A DNA stretch of 43,240 nucleotides, taken from the IMG/VR virus record IMGVR_UViG_3300000060_000001; one strand, written 5' to 3'. The translations under genes and the position numbers were made by a program. The DNA is from a virus. The first letter of the stretch is position 1. Each line of letters starts with the position of its first letter. Below, piece after piece: positions 8,065 through 15,941 of this stretch. The notes under the pieces are model-generated. The model worked only from the letters and a program-made list of their open reading frames with translations. It searched no databases and was not told the DNA's origin.

Positions 8065-10518
8065 TCAGATTCTCCGTACTTTGTTGTTGAATTTCACCAG
8101 ATACCCCAGCCCTTGCAGGTTGAAGTCACCGTGTGAGTTTGACCTGAATATCACGCTACTGGACTCAGCCTCAAGCCCTACGCGCACACGCAGGTGCGAA
8201 CGTTTCGCCAGCGGGGCAGTCTCAAGGCCCAGCTCCTGACTGGTGTAGTCAATCACGCTGGACTCCAGCCCGTCAATAGACGTGCCACCTCTGTCAGTAG
8301 CAGTGATTGTGAACTCGCTTGAGTACCGCATTGTCAAATCAAAGCACTGGACAATCAGCCTGTCTACCGCCATGTAGTTGCCACCGCTGTCGAACATGCG
8401 TGGTGGCGTCGGGCTGAACTCTGCCATAAAGCGCAGCCCTACAGTCAGAGTTGCTGTCCCATAGGTCTGGTGCAGGTGCAGCCGCCTGTTGGCGATGTCC
8501 AGATGATGTGGCCCTACCTCAGCACCAATGTACTGCCCGGTAGGCACTACAGTGGTCACAAAGCCAAGGTCTGGGTCTTCAGCATAGCCCTGCTCAATCA
8601 AGTCCCATAGCGCGTCCTGCGTCCCGGTTGACGCAAACTGGATATACGGGCCACCCGCATCCGGGCTGTCCTTGTTAACGACAGGCAGGGTCAGCGAGCA
8701 GTCCAGTGCTGGCTGATAGCGGGCTGGGTCGCTGATGTCCGGGCTATCCCTCATGGACAGCGTGAGCATATTCATATGCCCGCCCTGCTCAACTAGCAGC
8801 ACCAGAATCTCACGAACGAACCACGCAGCATGCACCACGCCATTGAACGTCCATTTATGCCAAGACGACAGAACCTTCTCATCACCCGACCACAAATACT
8901 CATTGACGTACAGCGTTGATTGCTCATCAGAGCTGCCAATCACCAGTATGTTGTTGGTGGTCGACGCAGAGATGTACGTGGCTGCACCCTCCAGATATGT
9001 TGGAAGGTGGTCCGTTACATCCTGACTGACGTATTGCAGGTCAGTAGAGCCTGACGGGACCATCTCCTTCATGGAGAATGAGCTGTTGGAACGCGGGTAC
9101 GCGAAGTACAGTGAACGCCCTGACGTAGTCGGCGCGCTGCCCAAGTCCATCTGGTAGGTGGAGGTCAATACCGCCGTCGCGTTCTGCGGGGTGAGTATCT
9201 GGTTGCGGCCCGGTATAACCCCTTGGTGTTCCTCACTAGCGAGAATCAGGTCAGAGTTAAACGGTACGCCGTACTTGAAGTTAGCCCCGGCAAAGCTTGT
9301 TGCGGTAAACTCAATGCGGTCGCTGTCCAGCATTTGCGTCACAGTCGTACGGAAGAAGTTGTTCTTGTCGTCTCGGCTGCTACTGCCCATCGTGATGTAT
9401 GGCCCTGAGAATATAATCAGACGGCCTTGGAAGGACGATATGCCTGAGATGCCATTGAGGTCCGCATCAGTGAACGCTGGGATATCGTTGTTCTTGTCAT
9501 CACCCGCTAAGCGGCCCGGCCATACACCTGTGCTGAAGGTGTGCTGGTTAGGCGTACCTGTAGCTGTGAACAGCAACGGCATGGTGTCAGGGTTGATACT
9601 GGTAGGCGAGTTGTACGCCCCCTTCTCTACCCAGCGCGACTGGTTGTGCACCCACTGGAAATACTGCGCAAACGAGTTGTCACCGACGGTCATGATAAAG
9701 CCGTCGCCAGCAGCTGGCAGCTGGGCTGGCAGTTTACTGGTCAGGTCTACGGTATGCGTGTTAGACGCGAGCGCATACGTGCTACCTGTGCTGGTGGACA
9801 CGTTGCAGAAGCCAGCGGCGACAGTAACCTGAATGTACAGGTACGCCCCGGATGCGGAGATTGACTCAAGCCCGGCAGCGCCGCCGATGTACGGCGTCAG
9901 CTGAGTCACCAGCTGGTTGATGATGTACTCGCCAGTGGCCTTAGTCGCATCACCAGCCGTAGTGCCGTCTGGGGTGGTGTACGTTGCTGCCACACTGCCC
10001 AAGTTAGTGCTTATGGTTAGGCTGTACACGCGCCCGTAGGAGCCAGCAAGGACGAAAAAATAACCCCGCCGATTTGGGTTCATACGTGTCTCTGTCGTCA
10101 CGATAGCGGGCAGCACTGATGTGTTGCCTACATATAACGTCGAGCCTACCGTAGCGAACACAATGTCAGCGGGGTTGGAGGTAATCAAGTAGTTGGACTG
10201 CCCAACAAACTGGACAGTTTCTGTTTCAACGATGGAGGTAACCCGTCCGGTAAGCGTGTTGATTACGAACGTAGTGATACCCCACCCTAAGTTGGTAGTG
10301 TGGAATCGCAGGTGGCCATAGTTTCCTAAGCTCCACCAATCAGCCAAGGTATTATCCAGCACCATCGCCACACGCGTACCGGGGCGCTTGCGCAGCCCTC
10401 GCACTGTGTCCGATGTCATGTTAGTCTGGATTTCTACCTGTGATAGCTGACGGTCTGTGTACACCTGCTGGCTCACACCACCAAGCAATGATTTGTAGTT
10501 GCCTTGGTAAGTAGCCAT
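8065..10518 (-). CDS. Tail tubular protein B (T7 gp12-like), 817 aa
   Basis: Size and synteny. TAATG overlap with the tail tubular A stop. Confidence 0.8.
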   Translation of the reverse strand: MATYQGNYKSLLGGVSQQVYTDRQLSQVEIQTNMTSDTVRGLRKRPGTRVAMVLDNTLADWWSLGNYGHLRFHTTNLGWGITTFVINTLTGRVTSIVETETVQFVGQSNYLITSNPADIVFATVGSTLYVGNTSVLPAIVTTETRMNPNRRGYFFVLAGSYGRVYSLTISTNLGSVAATYTTPDGTTAGDATKATGEYIINQLVTQLTPYIGGAAGLESISASGAYLYIQVTVAAGFCNVSTSTGSTYALASNTHTVDLTSKLPAQLPAAGDGFIMTVGDNSFAQYFQWVHNQSRWVEKGAYNSPTSINPDTMPLLFTATGTPNQHTFSTGVWPGRLAGDDKNNDIPAFTDADLNGISGISSFQGRLIIFSGPYITMGSSSRDDKNNFFRTTVTQMLDSDRIEFTATSFAGANFKYGVPFNSDLILASEEHQGVIPGRNQILTPQNATAVLTSTYQMDLGSAPTTSGRSLYFAYPRSNSSFSMKEMVPSGSTDLQYVSQDVTDHLPTYLEGAATYISASTTNNILVIGSSDEQSTLYVNEYLWSGDEKVLSSWHKWTFNGVVHAAWFVREILVLLVEQGGHMNMLTLSMRDSPDISDPARYQPALDCSLTLPVVNKDSPDAGGPYIQFASTGTQDALWDLIEQGYAEDPDLGFVTTVVPTGQYIGAEVGPHHLDIANRRLHLHQTYGTATLTVGLRFMAEFSPTPPRMFDSGGNYMAVDRLIVQCFDLTMRYSSEFTITATDRGGTSIDGLESSVIDYTSQELGLETAPLAKRSHLRVRVGLEAESSSVIFRSNSHGDFNLQGLGYLVKFNNKVRRI

Positions 10519-11066
10519 TAGCCTCTCCGGGCGCTCTCATACTGACGCCACTGAGGGCGCTGGCGCGCGTTGTATCTGCGCTGTCTGGTGTGCATAGCCT
10601 GCAATTGCGCGAACGCAGACTGCATGTTCATTAGCAGTGACGCAGGCGGGTTACCACCGAATTCTAAGTCAAACGCCATTAGCGCTGCGTTGTAAGCCAC
10701 TACGCGCTGAGCTGCGCTAGGCAGGTCTGCCCATTGCAGGTCATACGTTATCAGGCCAGAGACGTCTTCGGTGAATACATAGCTGTTGTTCTGCGTGTTG
10801 TACAGATAGCCCCCGCGAACTACGCACAGGTAGTTGTCAGGTACAAACGCCAGTGTATCGGCGGGATACTGCACACGCCCGTCAAACTCACGGTTCAGCG
10901 TCACTGTGATATTGTTGAACCACCAGTTCTCGTTGAGTAACGCTTCCCGCGCTTCGTCAATCTTGTCAAGCGCAAGAGTCACAGACGGGTGTCGTATTTC
11001 AGTAGAGGCCACAGTGTGTTCAGACAATGCTCGCAGGACGATGTTTACTGCTTCGAGTAGTGTCAT
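10518..11066 (-). CDS. Tail tubular protein A (T7 gp11-like), 182 aa
   Basis: AGGAGG-N4-ATG at 11066 (the track start at 11084 has no RBS). Size and synteny. Confidence 0.8.
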   Translation of the reverse strand: MTLLEAVNIVLRALSEHTVASTEIRHPSVTLALDKIDEAREALLNENWWFNNITVTLNREFDGRVQYPADTLAFVPDNYLCVVRGGYLYNTQNNSYVFTEDVSGLITYDLQWADLPSAAQRVVAYNAALMAFDLEFGGNPPASLLMNMQSAFAQLQAMHTRQRRYNARQRPQWRQYESARRG

Positions 11067-11089
11067 AGCACCTCCTAATGACAATCATA

Positions 11090-11113
11090 GAAGCCCCTCC
11101 TGAGAAGGGCTTC
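11090..11113 (-). terminator. Hairpin downstream of the capsid gene (T-phi-like partial terminator)
   Basis: Minus sense GAAGCCCTTC-TCAG-GAGGGGCTTC. The stem is 10 bp including one G-U, with a tetraloop, followed by UAUGAUUGUCAUU. The position after the major capsid gene is as in T7-like phages. Confidence 0.45.
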
Positions 11114-11123
11114 GAGTCTGCCA

Positions 11124-12116
11124 TTATGCTTCTTCGGTAACCACACCGACAACGTCTGGGCGTTTCTGCCCTACGGTGTACATGTGGAAGCTGTCCAGCA
11201 CGTTGGTCATTTCACGTTCGTCATCCCACACACGGTTGAACAGTGGCTGTGCTTCAACAGTCACCAGCGCCATGCTTGGGTCGAACACAATCATCTTACG
11301 CTTAATCTCGTTGGCGTCGACGTTGAAGTCTGGGCCAAGCAGATGGTCAGAGATTGCTGCCTGTGGGAAGGCGTTGGATTCGATGATGCGGATGCCGTTG
11401 ACGTACGCGATGCGGCGCATTGCGAAGTCGTTGACACCACGACCACCAGTGAACTCAACGTTCATCAGTTTCTTGTGTTCCAGCAGGATGCTGAACCACG
11501 CTGGGTCGACCAGAGTCACCAGACGGCCAAGGTCGGCATCGCGACGGATGAACGCCTCGATGACTTTCTTGTGGCCGTGAACCAGCGCGCTGGCGTCTGC
11601 TTCCTCGGAAGCCACGGTGTTGGTCAGGGTGACCTTCTCTTTGATGCCTGCGTTGAACGCGCCAGCCAGAGAAGCAGGCGGTACGAAGTCAGCACATTTC
11701 TGCAGCTGAATTACGTGCGCTTGGTCAAACGCCTTCGCCTGAGAGGTACCCATGTTACGGGTCAGCTCTGCACGGAAGTCTGGAGCGGTCCAGTCATCCT
11801 GATAGTCGATTGGGATACGGATGTAGGACACGGTATCCACAGTGACAATCAGCTTCTCAGAGCGCACTGGCTGGTTGACCAGAGACTCACCGGACTTACG
11901 ACCTTTGACGGTCACAGAGCCGAGGCGGTCGCCGCGCCAAGTGTTGGACTGGTTGGACACAGACTTGAAGTTGGTCAGGCCGGAACGGAAGATGGAGTTG
12001 TAGATGAACTGCGTCTGCACGTCACGGTCATACACCTCAAGGTGAATGTCGTTATCGCTGTTGGAGCCACCCCAATGAGGGCGGAACTGGTTCGGCTGGT
12101 AGTAGTTATCGGCCAT
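11124..12116 (-). CDS. Major capsid protein, 330 aa
   Basis: Position after the scaffold gene. Size matches phiKMV-type capsid proteins. A terminator-like hairpin follows. Confidence 0.85.
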   Translation of the reverse strand: MADNYYQPNQFRPHWGGSNSDNDIHLEVYDRDVQTQFIYNSIFRSGLTNFKSVSNQSNTWRGDRLGSVTVKGRKSGESLVNQPVRSEKLIVTVDTVSYIRIPIDYQDDWTAPDFRAELTRNMGTSQAKAFDQAHVIQLQKCADFVPPASLAGAFNAGIKEKVTLTNTVASEEADASALVHGHKKVIEAFIRRDADLGRLVTLVDPAWFSILLEHKKLMNVEFTGGRGVNDFAMRRIAYVNGIRIIESNAFPQAAISDHLLGPDFNVDANEIKRKMIVFDPSMALVTVEAQPLFNRVWDDEREMTNVLDSFHMYTVGQKRPDVVGVVTEEA

Positions 12117-12136
12117 GTTAAATAATCCTTATACGA

Positions 12137-13324
12137 TTAGTAGCCCATTGCTTTTGCTTGACGACGCTGCGCTACGAGGTGCTCGTAGTGCTTGTTGTAC
12201 TCTGGAGAGCCAACAGGGTGCGCCTGCTCAAGCCAAGTCAGGTGCTGACGAAATGCTTCGTTGGTCATAACCTCAGCGTTGCCCTGACCGCCACCATTAG
12301 GTGTGATGGTCTGTCCGCTTCGCTGAATCATGTTCCCCTGTCGGCCTACGTATTGAAGCACGGCTTGGGTTGCCAATCGAATCTGGTTTGGGTCGCCGGA
12401 GTCAATAGCCGCTGCTACCGCTTGACGAGTTCCTAAATCTGCTGCTGTGTTAAACGCCTGCACAGCCAGCTGCCACTGCTGTTGACCGCCAGCCAGCTGA
12501 TACACTGACTGCTCAATCTGAGCGTCGCGCGCCTGCCCGGCCTGCACCAGCGCATTAAACTGACTGCGCAGAGTGTTAGCCGTCTGCTGGTCGAACTGCG
12601 CCAGATAGCGCTCGTTGACCAGAGTAGGGTCACGGCGTTCATACGCCTGACCGAACGCCTGCAGTAAGTCAATCTGCTGACCTGCTGCGATTGCGTTCAT
12701 GCCCTGATAAATCGCCTGACTCGTAGCGTCTGGGAAAATCTCAGCTACTTGCTCAGGAGGGATGCCGCCTTGTTTCTGCAGCTGCTCTGCTGTAACAGGA
12801 GGTTTACCGCCCAGCTGCTGCTGTAAAGGCTGCTGCTGCTGTGGTGCCTGCTGGAACTGCTGTGGCTGCTGCTGCGGTGTTGGTCCAAACTGATACGCTG
12901 GGTTTACAGGTGGCTGCTGGAATTGCTGTGGCGGCAGCGGCTGGCCCGGAGGCGGCGTGACCTGTTGCGGATACCCATTAATCGGAGCAGGCGGAGCCGC
13001 ATATGGGCTTTGTTGCGGAGCAACGGGGCCGTACGGATTCTGCTGCACTGGAGGCGCGTAGGGACTTGGATTTCCTTGCTGCTGGGGAGCATATGGGTTT
13101 CCCGGTTGGGGAGCATAGCTCGGCTGCGCATACTGCTGCTGCGGCTGTTGCACCTGCGGTTGCTGAGGCAACTGAATTGGTGTGGCTAAATTGCCTAACG
13201 CTGGATTGACAACCGTCGGGCCTCCACCAGCAGGAGGATAGCCACCACCATAACCCGGATTCTGCGGGGCAGATGGTACACCTTGGGAAGCGGGTGCGGC
13301 GCTAGGTTGGGATTCTCCAAACAT
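12137..13324 (-). CDS. Scaffolding protein with a long P/Q-rich N-terminal low-complexity extension, 395 aa
   Basis: Position between portal and capsid. The helical Q/A-rich C-terminal half is typical of scaffolds. Residues 1-185 are dominated by P, Q, G, Y and A. Confidence 0.75.
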   Translation of the reverse strand: MFGESQPSAAPASQGVPSAPQNPGYGGGYPPAGGGPTVVNPALGNLATPIQLPQQPQVQQPQQQYAQPSYAPQPGNPYAPQQQGNPSPYAPPVQQNPYGPVAPQQSPYAAPPAPINGYPQQVTPPPGQPLPPQQFQQPPVNPAYQFGPTPQQQPQQFQQAPQQQQPLQQQLGGKPPVTAEQLQKQGGIPPEQVAEIFPDATSQAIYQGMNAIAAGQQIDLLQAFGQAYERRDPTLVNERYLAQFDQQTANTLRSQFNALVQAGQARDAQIEQSVYQLAGGQQQWQLAVQAFNTAADLGTRQAVAAAIDSGDPNQIRLATQAVLQYVGRQGNMIQRSGQTITPNGGGQGNAEVMTNEAFRQHLTWLEQAHPVGSPEYNKHYEHLVAQRRQAKAMGY

Positions 13325-13335
13325 TTAAACTCCAA

Positions 13336-14904
13336 TTAGATTTGAGAAATATTCTGGCCCGGCTCTACAGCGCCCGGCGGTACACCGCCTGCTGCTGCCG
13401 CTATCTGGTCAACCTGTCTGCCTTCTTGCTGAAGGTCTTGTGGTGACTTACGATAGTCGTCTAGTGCCACGCCATTGGATGCGAATATTGTGTCTAGTAC
13501 CGCTTTCGGGTCGATGACATTCGCAACCTGATTTATATTTGCAACCGCAACCATAGCGGCTTGTGCATCACCGAGCGCCTTAATCAGCGTCTCAGCTTCA
13601 ATGCTACGGCCAAGCGCATCCAGACCAGCGACAACCTGCAGTGACAGGATATTGCCGACAATGTCTGGTACGGTGCCCTCGTCAATCTCAGCCAGCAACA
13701 CGTACGCCAGCGGAATCTGGAGCGTCTTGGCTTGCATTGAGTATGGGCCGCCTAGGCCGCGCTCTGCACTGGTCGCTACCTGCTGAACCTCAGTAGCCGT
13801 TGTACGCTCAGAGTCACGAAACTCACCAGTGTACATGAAGGCTTGCGCCAATCGCTGCACAATCTGATTAATCTCGTCACGAGCTTGCTGAACTTTGTTG
13901 TAATCCCCGGCCTCGGCTGCTTCCAGCGCCGTGCCACTCTGGAGTGGGATGACCTGCCCTGTCTCCGCACGCTCAATATCGTCGACGTTGCCGCCTGAGC
14001 CTGTCAGTTTCCAGAAGACACGCAGTGCTTCCTGCATGTACAGTGCTGAGCTTTCTGATAGCATTGACAGACGCGCGAAATCCCCGGCGTGGTCCTCAAC
14101 AATCCCGCGACCATAGTGCTCGCCGGACTTCAGTGACCAGACAGGGAATAACCAAGGGCAGACTTTCTCAGGGTAGTAGTCGTTACCGGGGGTGAAGATG
14201 CAGCCTTGGTAGTTGCCTACCTGCTGCGTGATGGTGTACCCGTACTGCCCGCTCTCTTTTTGGACGCGGCAGATACGAGTATACAGCCAGCATTTGTGCT
14301 GGCCGCTCTTAGGGTTGAAACCCTTGGCTTGTAATTGATTTTGGAAATCCCGATGCAGCGAATCCCATGAGATACGTTCTTTGACGACAGCATCAATCAC
14401 ATTGCCACGCCCGTCGCGCTGGACCACAAAGTTTTCCAGACCGTATACACGGTAGGTACCTGTGTCCATATCACGATACAGCGCGACGTTGCCAGTTACA
14501 GCCTCGTGGGCGAGCGCCATAAGCAGGTCAGCGTAGCCGCCGTTCTGCTTGGCCTTGTCAACGATGGCCTTCTCAATCTGAATAAGAGCTGCTTGAACCT
14601 TGGACATCTGCTGACGCTGCTGGTCAGAGATGCCCTTGAGTTGCAGCTTCACAAATCTCGCAGAAGCCGGGAATAGGAACTCACCGAGGCGAGCTACTAA
14701 GTTGTTAACCAGCAATGCCCCAACAGATTGGAAGTCACGGGTGATTTGCTCACGGTTGACATCCTCCGTCTCGGCTCGGTCATATTGCGAGACAAGCTTA
14801 GCCAGCGTGTAGCGGCTGTACTCACGAGCCTTATTCACGACGTTGCTGTCCCGGTACTTCTGCCATAAGCTTTCGTAGCTTACGTTCTGCGGGTCATAAG
14901 CCAT
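13336..14904 (-). CDS. Portal (head-tail connector) protein, 522 aa
   Basis: Size and position as for T7 gp8 (536 aa). GGAG RBS. Confidence 0.85.
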   Translation of the reverse strand: MAYDPQNVSYESLWQKYRDSNVVNKAREYSRYTLAKLVSQYDRAETEDVNREQITRDFQSVGALLVNNLVARLGEFLFPASARFVKLQLKGISDQQRQQMSKVQAALIQIEKAIVDKAKQNGGYADLLMALAHEAVTGNVALYRDMDTGTYRVYGLENFVVQRDGRGNVIDAVVKERISWDSLHRDFQNQLQAKGFNPKSGQHKCWLYTRICRVQKESGQYGYTITQQVGNYQGCIFTPGNDYYPEKVCPWLFPVWSLKSGEHYGRGIVEDHAGDFARLSMLSESSALYMQEALRVFWKLTGSGGNVDDIERAETGQVIPLQSGTALEAAEAGDYNKVQQARDEINQIVQRLAQAFMYTGEFRDSERTTATEVQQVATSAERGLGGPYSMQAKTLQIPLAYVLLAEIDEGTVPDIVGNILSLQVVAGLDALGRSIEAETLIKALGDAQAAMVAVANINQVANVIDPKAVLDTIFASNGVALDDYRKSPQDLQQEGRQVDQIAAAAGGVPPGAVEPGQNISQI

Positions 14905-14906
14905 AC

Positions 14907-15167
14907 CTAGACTCCGATGCCGAGGTTACTTGATACGCCAGTTGATGTGCGTTTGCGTCGCCCGGCCAGAGTGTCTGTGGCAGAGCTAACCTCGCCGCCT
15001 GCTTGGACGGTAGGTGTGTTTGAGTTTGCTAAGTCAATACCCAAGTTGGCCTGAAGCTGTTCGGCTTTCATGGCACCGGGGTCTTGCTTGATAGTGTATT
15101 TCGGTGTGCTTGAGCCAAGGCCAAACACTGAGCCAATACCTTTGACTACGTTGCTGATACCACCCAT
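14907..15167 (-). CDS. Small G/S-rich protein upstream of the portal gene (possible virion protein), 86 aa
   Basis: GGAGAA-N7-ATG. Overlaps the GNAT gene 3' end by 22 nt. Function unknown. Confidence 0.5.
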   Translation of the reverse strand: MGGISNVVKGIGSVFGLGSSTPKYTIKQDPGAMKAEQLQANLGIDLANSNTPTVQAGGEVSSATDTLAGRRKRTSTGVSSNLGIGV

Positions 15168-15595
15168 TTAGGTTTCTCCAAATCTATGAAGCGGTTCTCC
15201 TGAACGTAAGGCCGCACCATATGGGAGTAACCGCACCAGCGCAAGCCCTCTGCTCGCGCTATGCCTTTCAGTACCCGGATGATTTCCCGTGAGCATCCAC
15301 GGTTCCGGTATTGTGGCCACACGTACATGGCCATGACAACAGCCATAGGGCCGACGTGCGGGTCAACAAGTTGTCCAATCTGAGCCACCGCCATCAGGGT
15401 GTCGTCCGGGTCTTCATCGTCGATGATGTACACGTCAACGCAACCATTTGCTGTAGCGTCGTACAGCAGCTCCACGATTGCGGTCGGCAGTAAGTCGGAC
15501 CAAGGGCGCTCCTGCTGGATGCCCTCGGCTACAGCCAGCCGTATGTCAGCTGGCATTGTAGTGTGCGATTCATTCGCCAATATAGTAGTCTTCAT
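15146..15595 (-). CDS. GNAT-family N-acetyltransferase, 149 aa
   Basis: Acetyl-CoA-binding-type motif VWPQYRNRGCSREIIRVLKGIARAEG (Q/R-x-x-G-x-G/A pattern). Confidence 0.7.
   Translation of the reverse strand: MKTTILANESHTTMPADIRLAVAEGIQQERPWSDLLPTAIVELLYDATANGCVDVYIIDDEDPDDTLMAVAQIGQLVDPHVGPMAVVMAMYVWPQYRNRGCSREIIRVLKGIARAEGLRWCGYSHMVRPYVQENRFIDLEKPKWVVSAT
15575..15595 (-). promoter_or_regulatory. Phage-promoter-like motif, copy D (ATGAAGACTACTATATTGGCG)
   Basis: Matches the 4-copy consensus ATGARRACTACTATMWTGS. Coincides with the GNAT start codon, so it may be fortuitous. Confidence 0.3.
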
Positions 15596-15596
15596 G

Positions 15597-15791
15597 TTAC
15601 TGACCTACTGTGCGTTCACGTACAGCGTTCAGCACATCCTGCTGACCAGCCTTACGATTAAGCAATACAAGATTACTATCAATAGCAATCTCTTTACTTA
15701 AAGACTCATAAGTACCGAATAACTGTTCTAGTAATGCTAACTGTCCTTTAGTAAATGTTACCTTACCATATACAGGATTATTACTACTCAT
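15597..15791 (-). CDS. Hypothetical protein, 64 aa (first gene after the RNAP gene)
   Basis: GGAGAG RBS. ORF track. Confidence 0.6.
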   Translation of the reverse strand: MSSNNPVYGKVTFTKGQLALLEQLFGTYESLSKEIAIDSNLVLLNRKAGQQDVLNAVRERTVGQ

Positions 15792-15906
15792 ATACGCTCT
15801 CCGCTCATCCGTTCGGTATCACTCATCATCTCACTACGTTCATGATTCGTTCACACTCACCTCGTCGCCGGGACGCTTCGCTGCTCCTCGCTCGCTTCGA
15901 GCAGAT

Positions 15907-15935
15907 GCTCTCACTAGCATGATAGTAGTTTTCAT
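15907..15935 (-). promoter_or_regulatory. Candidate phage RNAP (late) promoter, copy B (ATGAAAACTACTATCATGCTAGTGAGAGC)
   Basis: Starts 6 nt after the RNAP stop codon, at the head of the structural operon. ACTACTAT resembles the T7 CTCACTAT core. It is followed by a purine-rich leader. A 22-nt exact match occurs at 37905-37926 on the opposite strand. Confidence 0.55.
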
Positions 15936-15941
15936 TGCACA

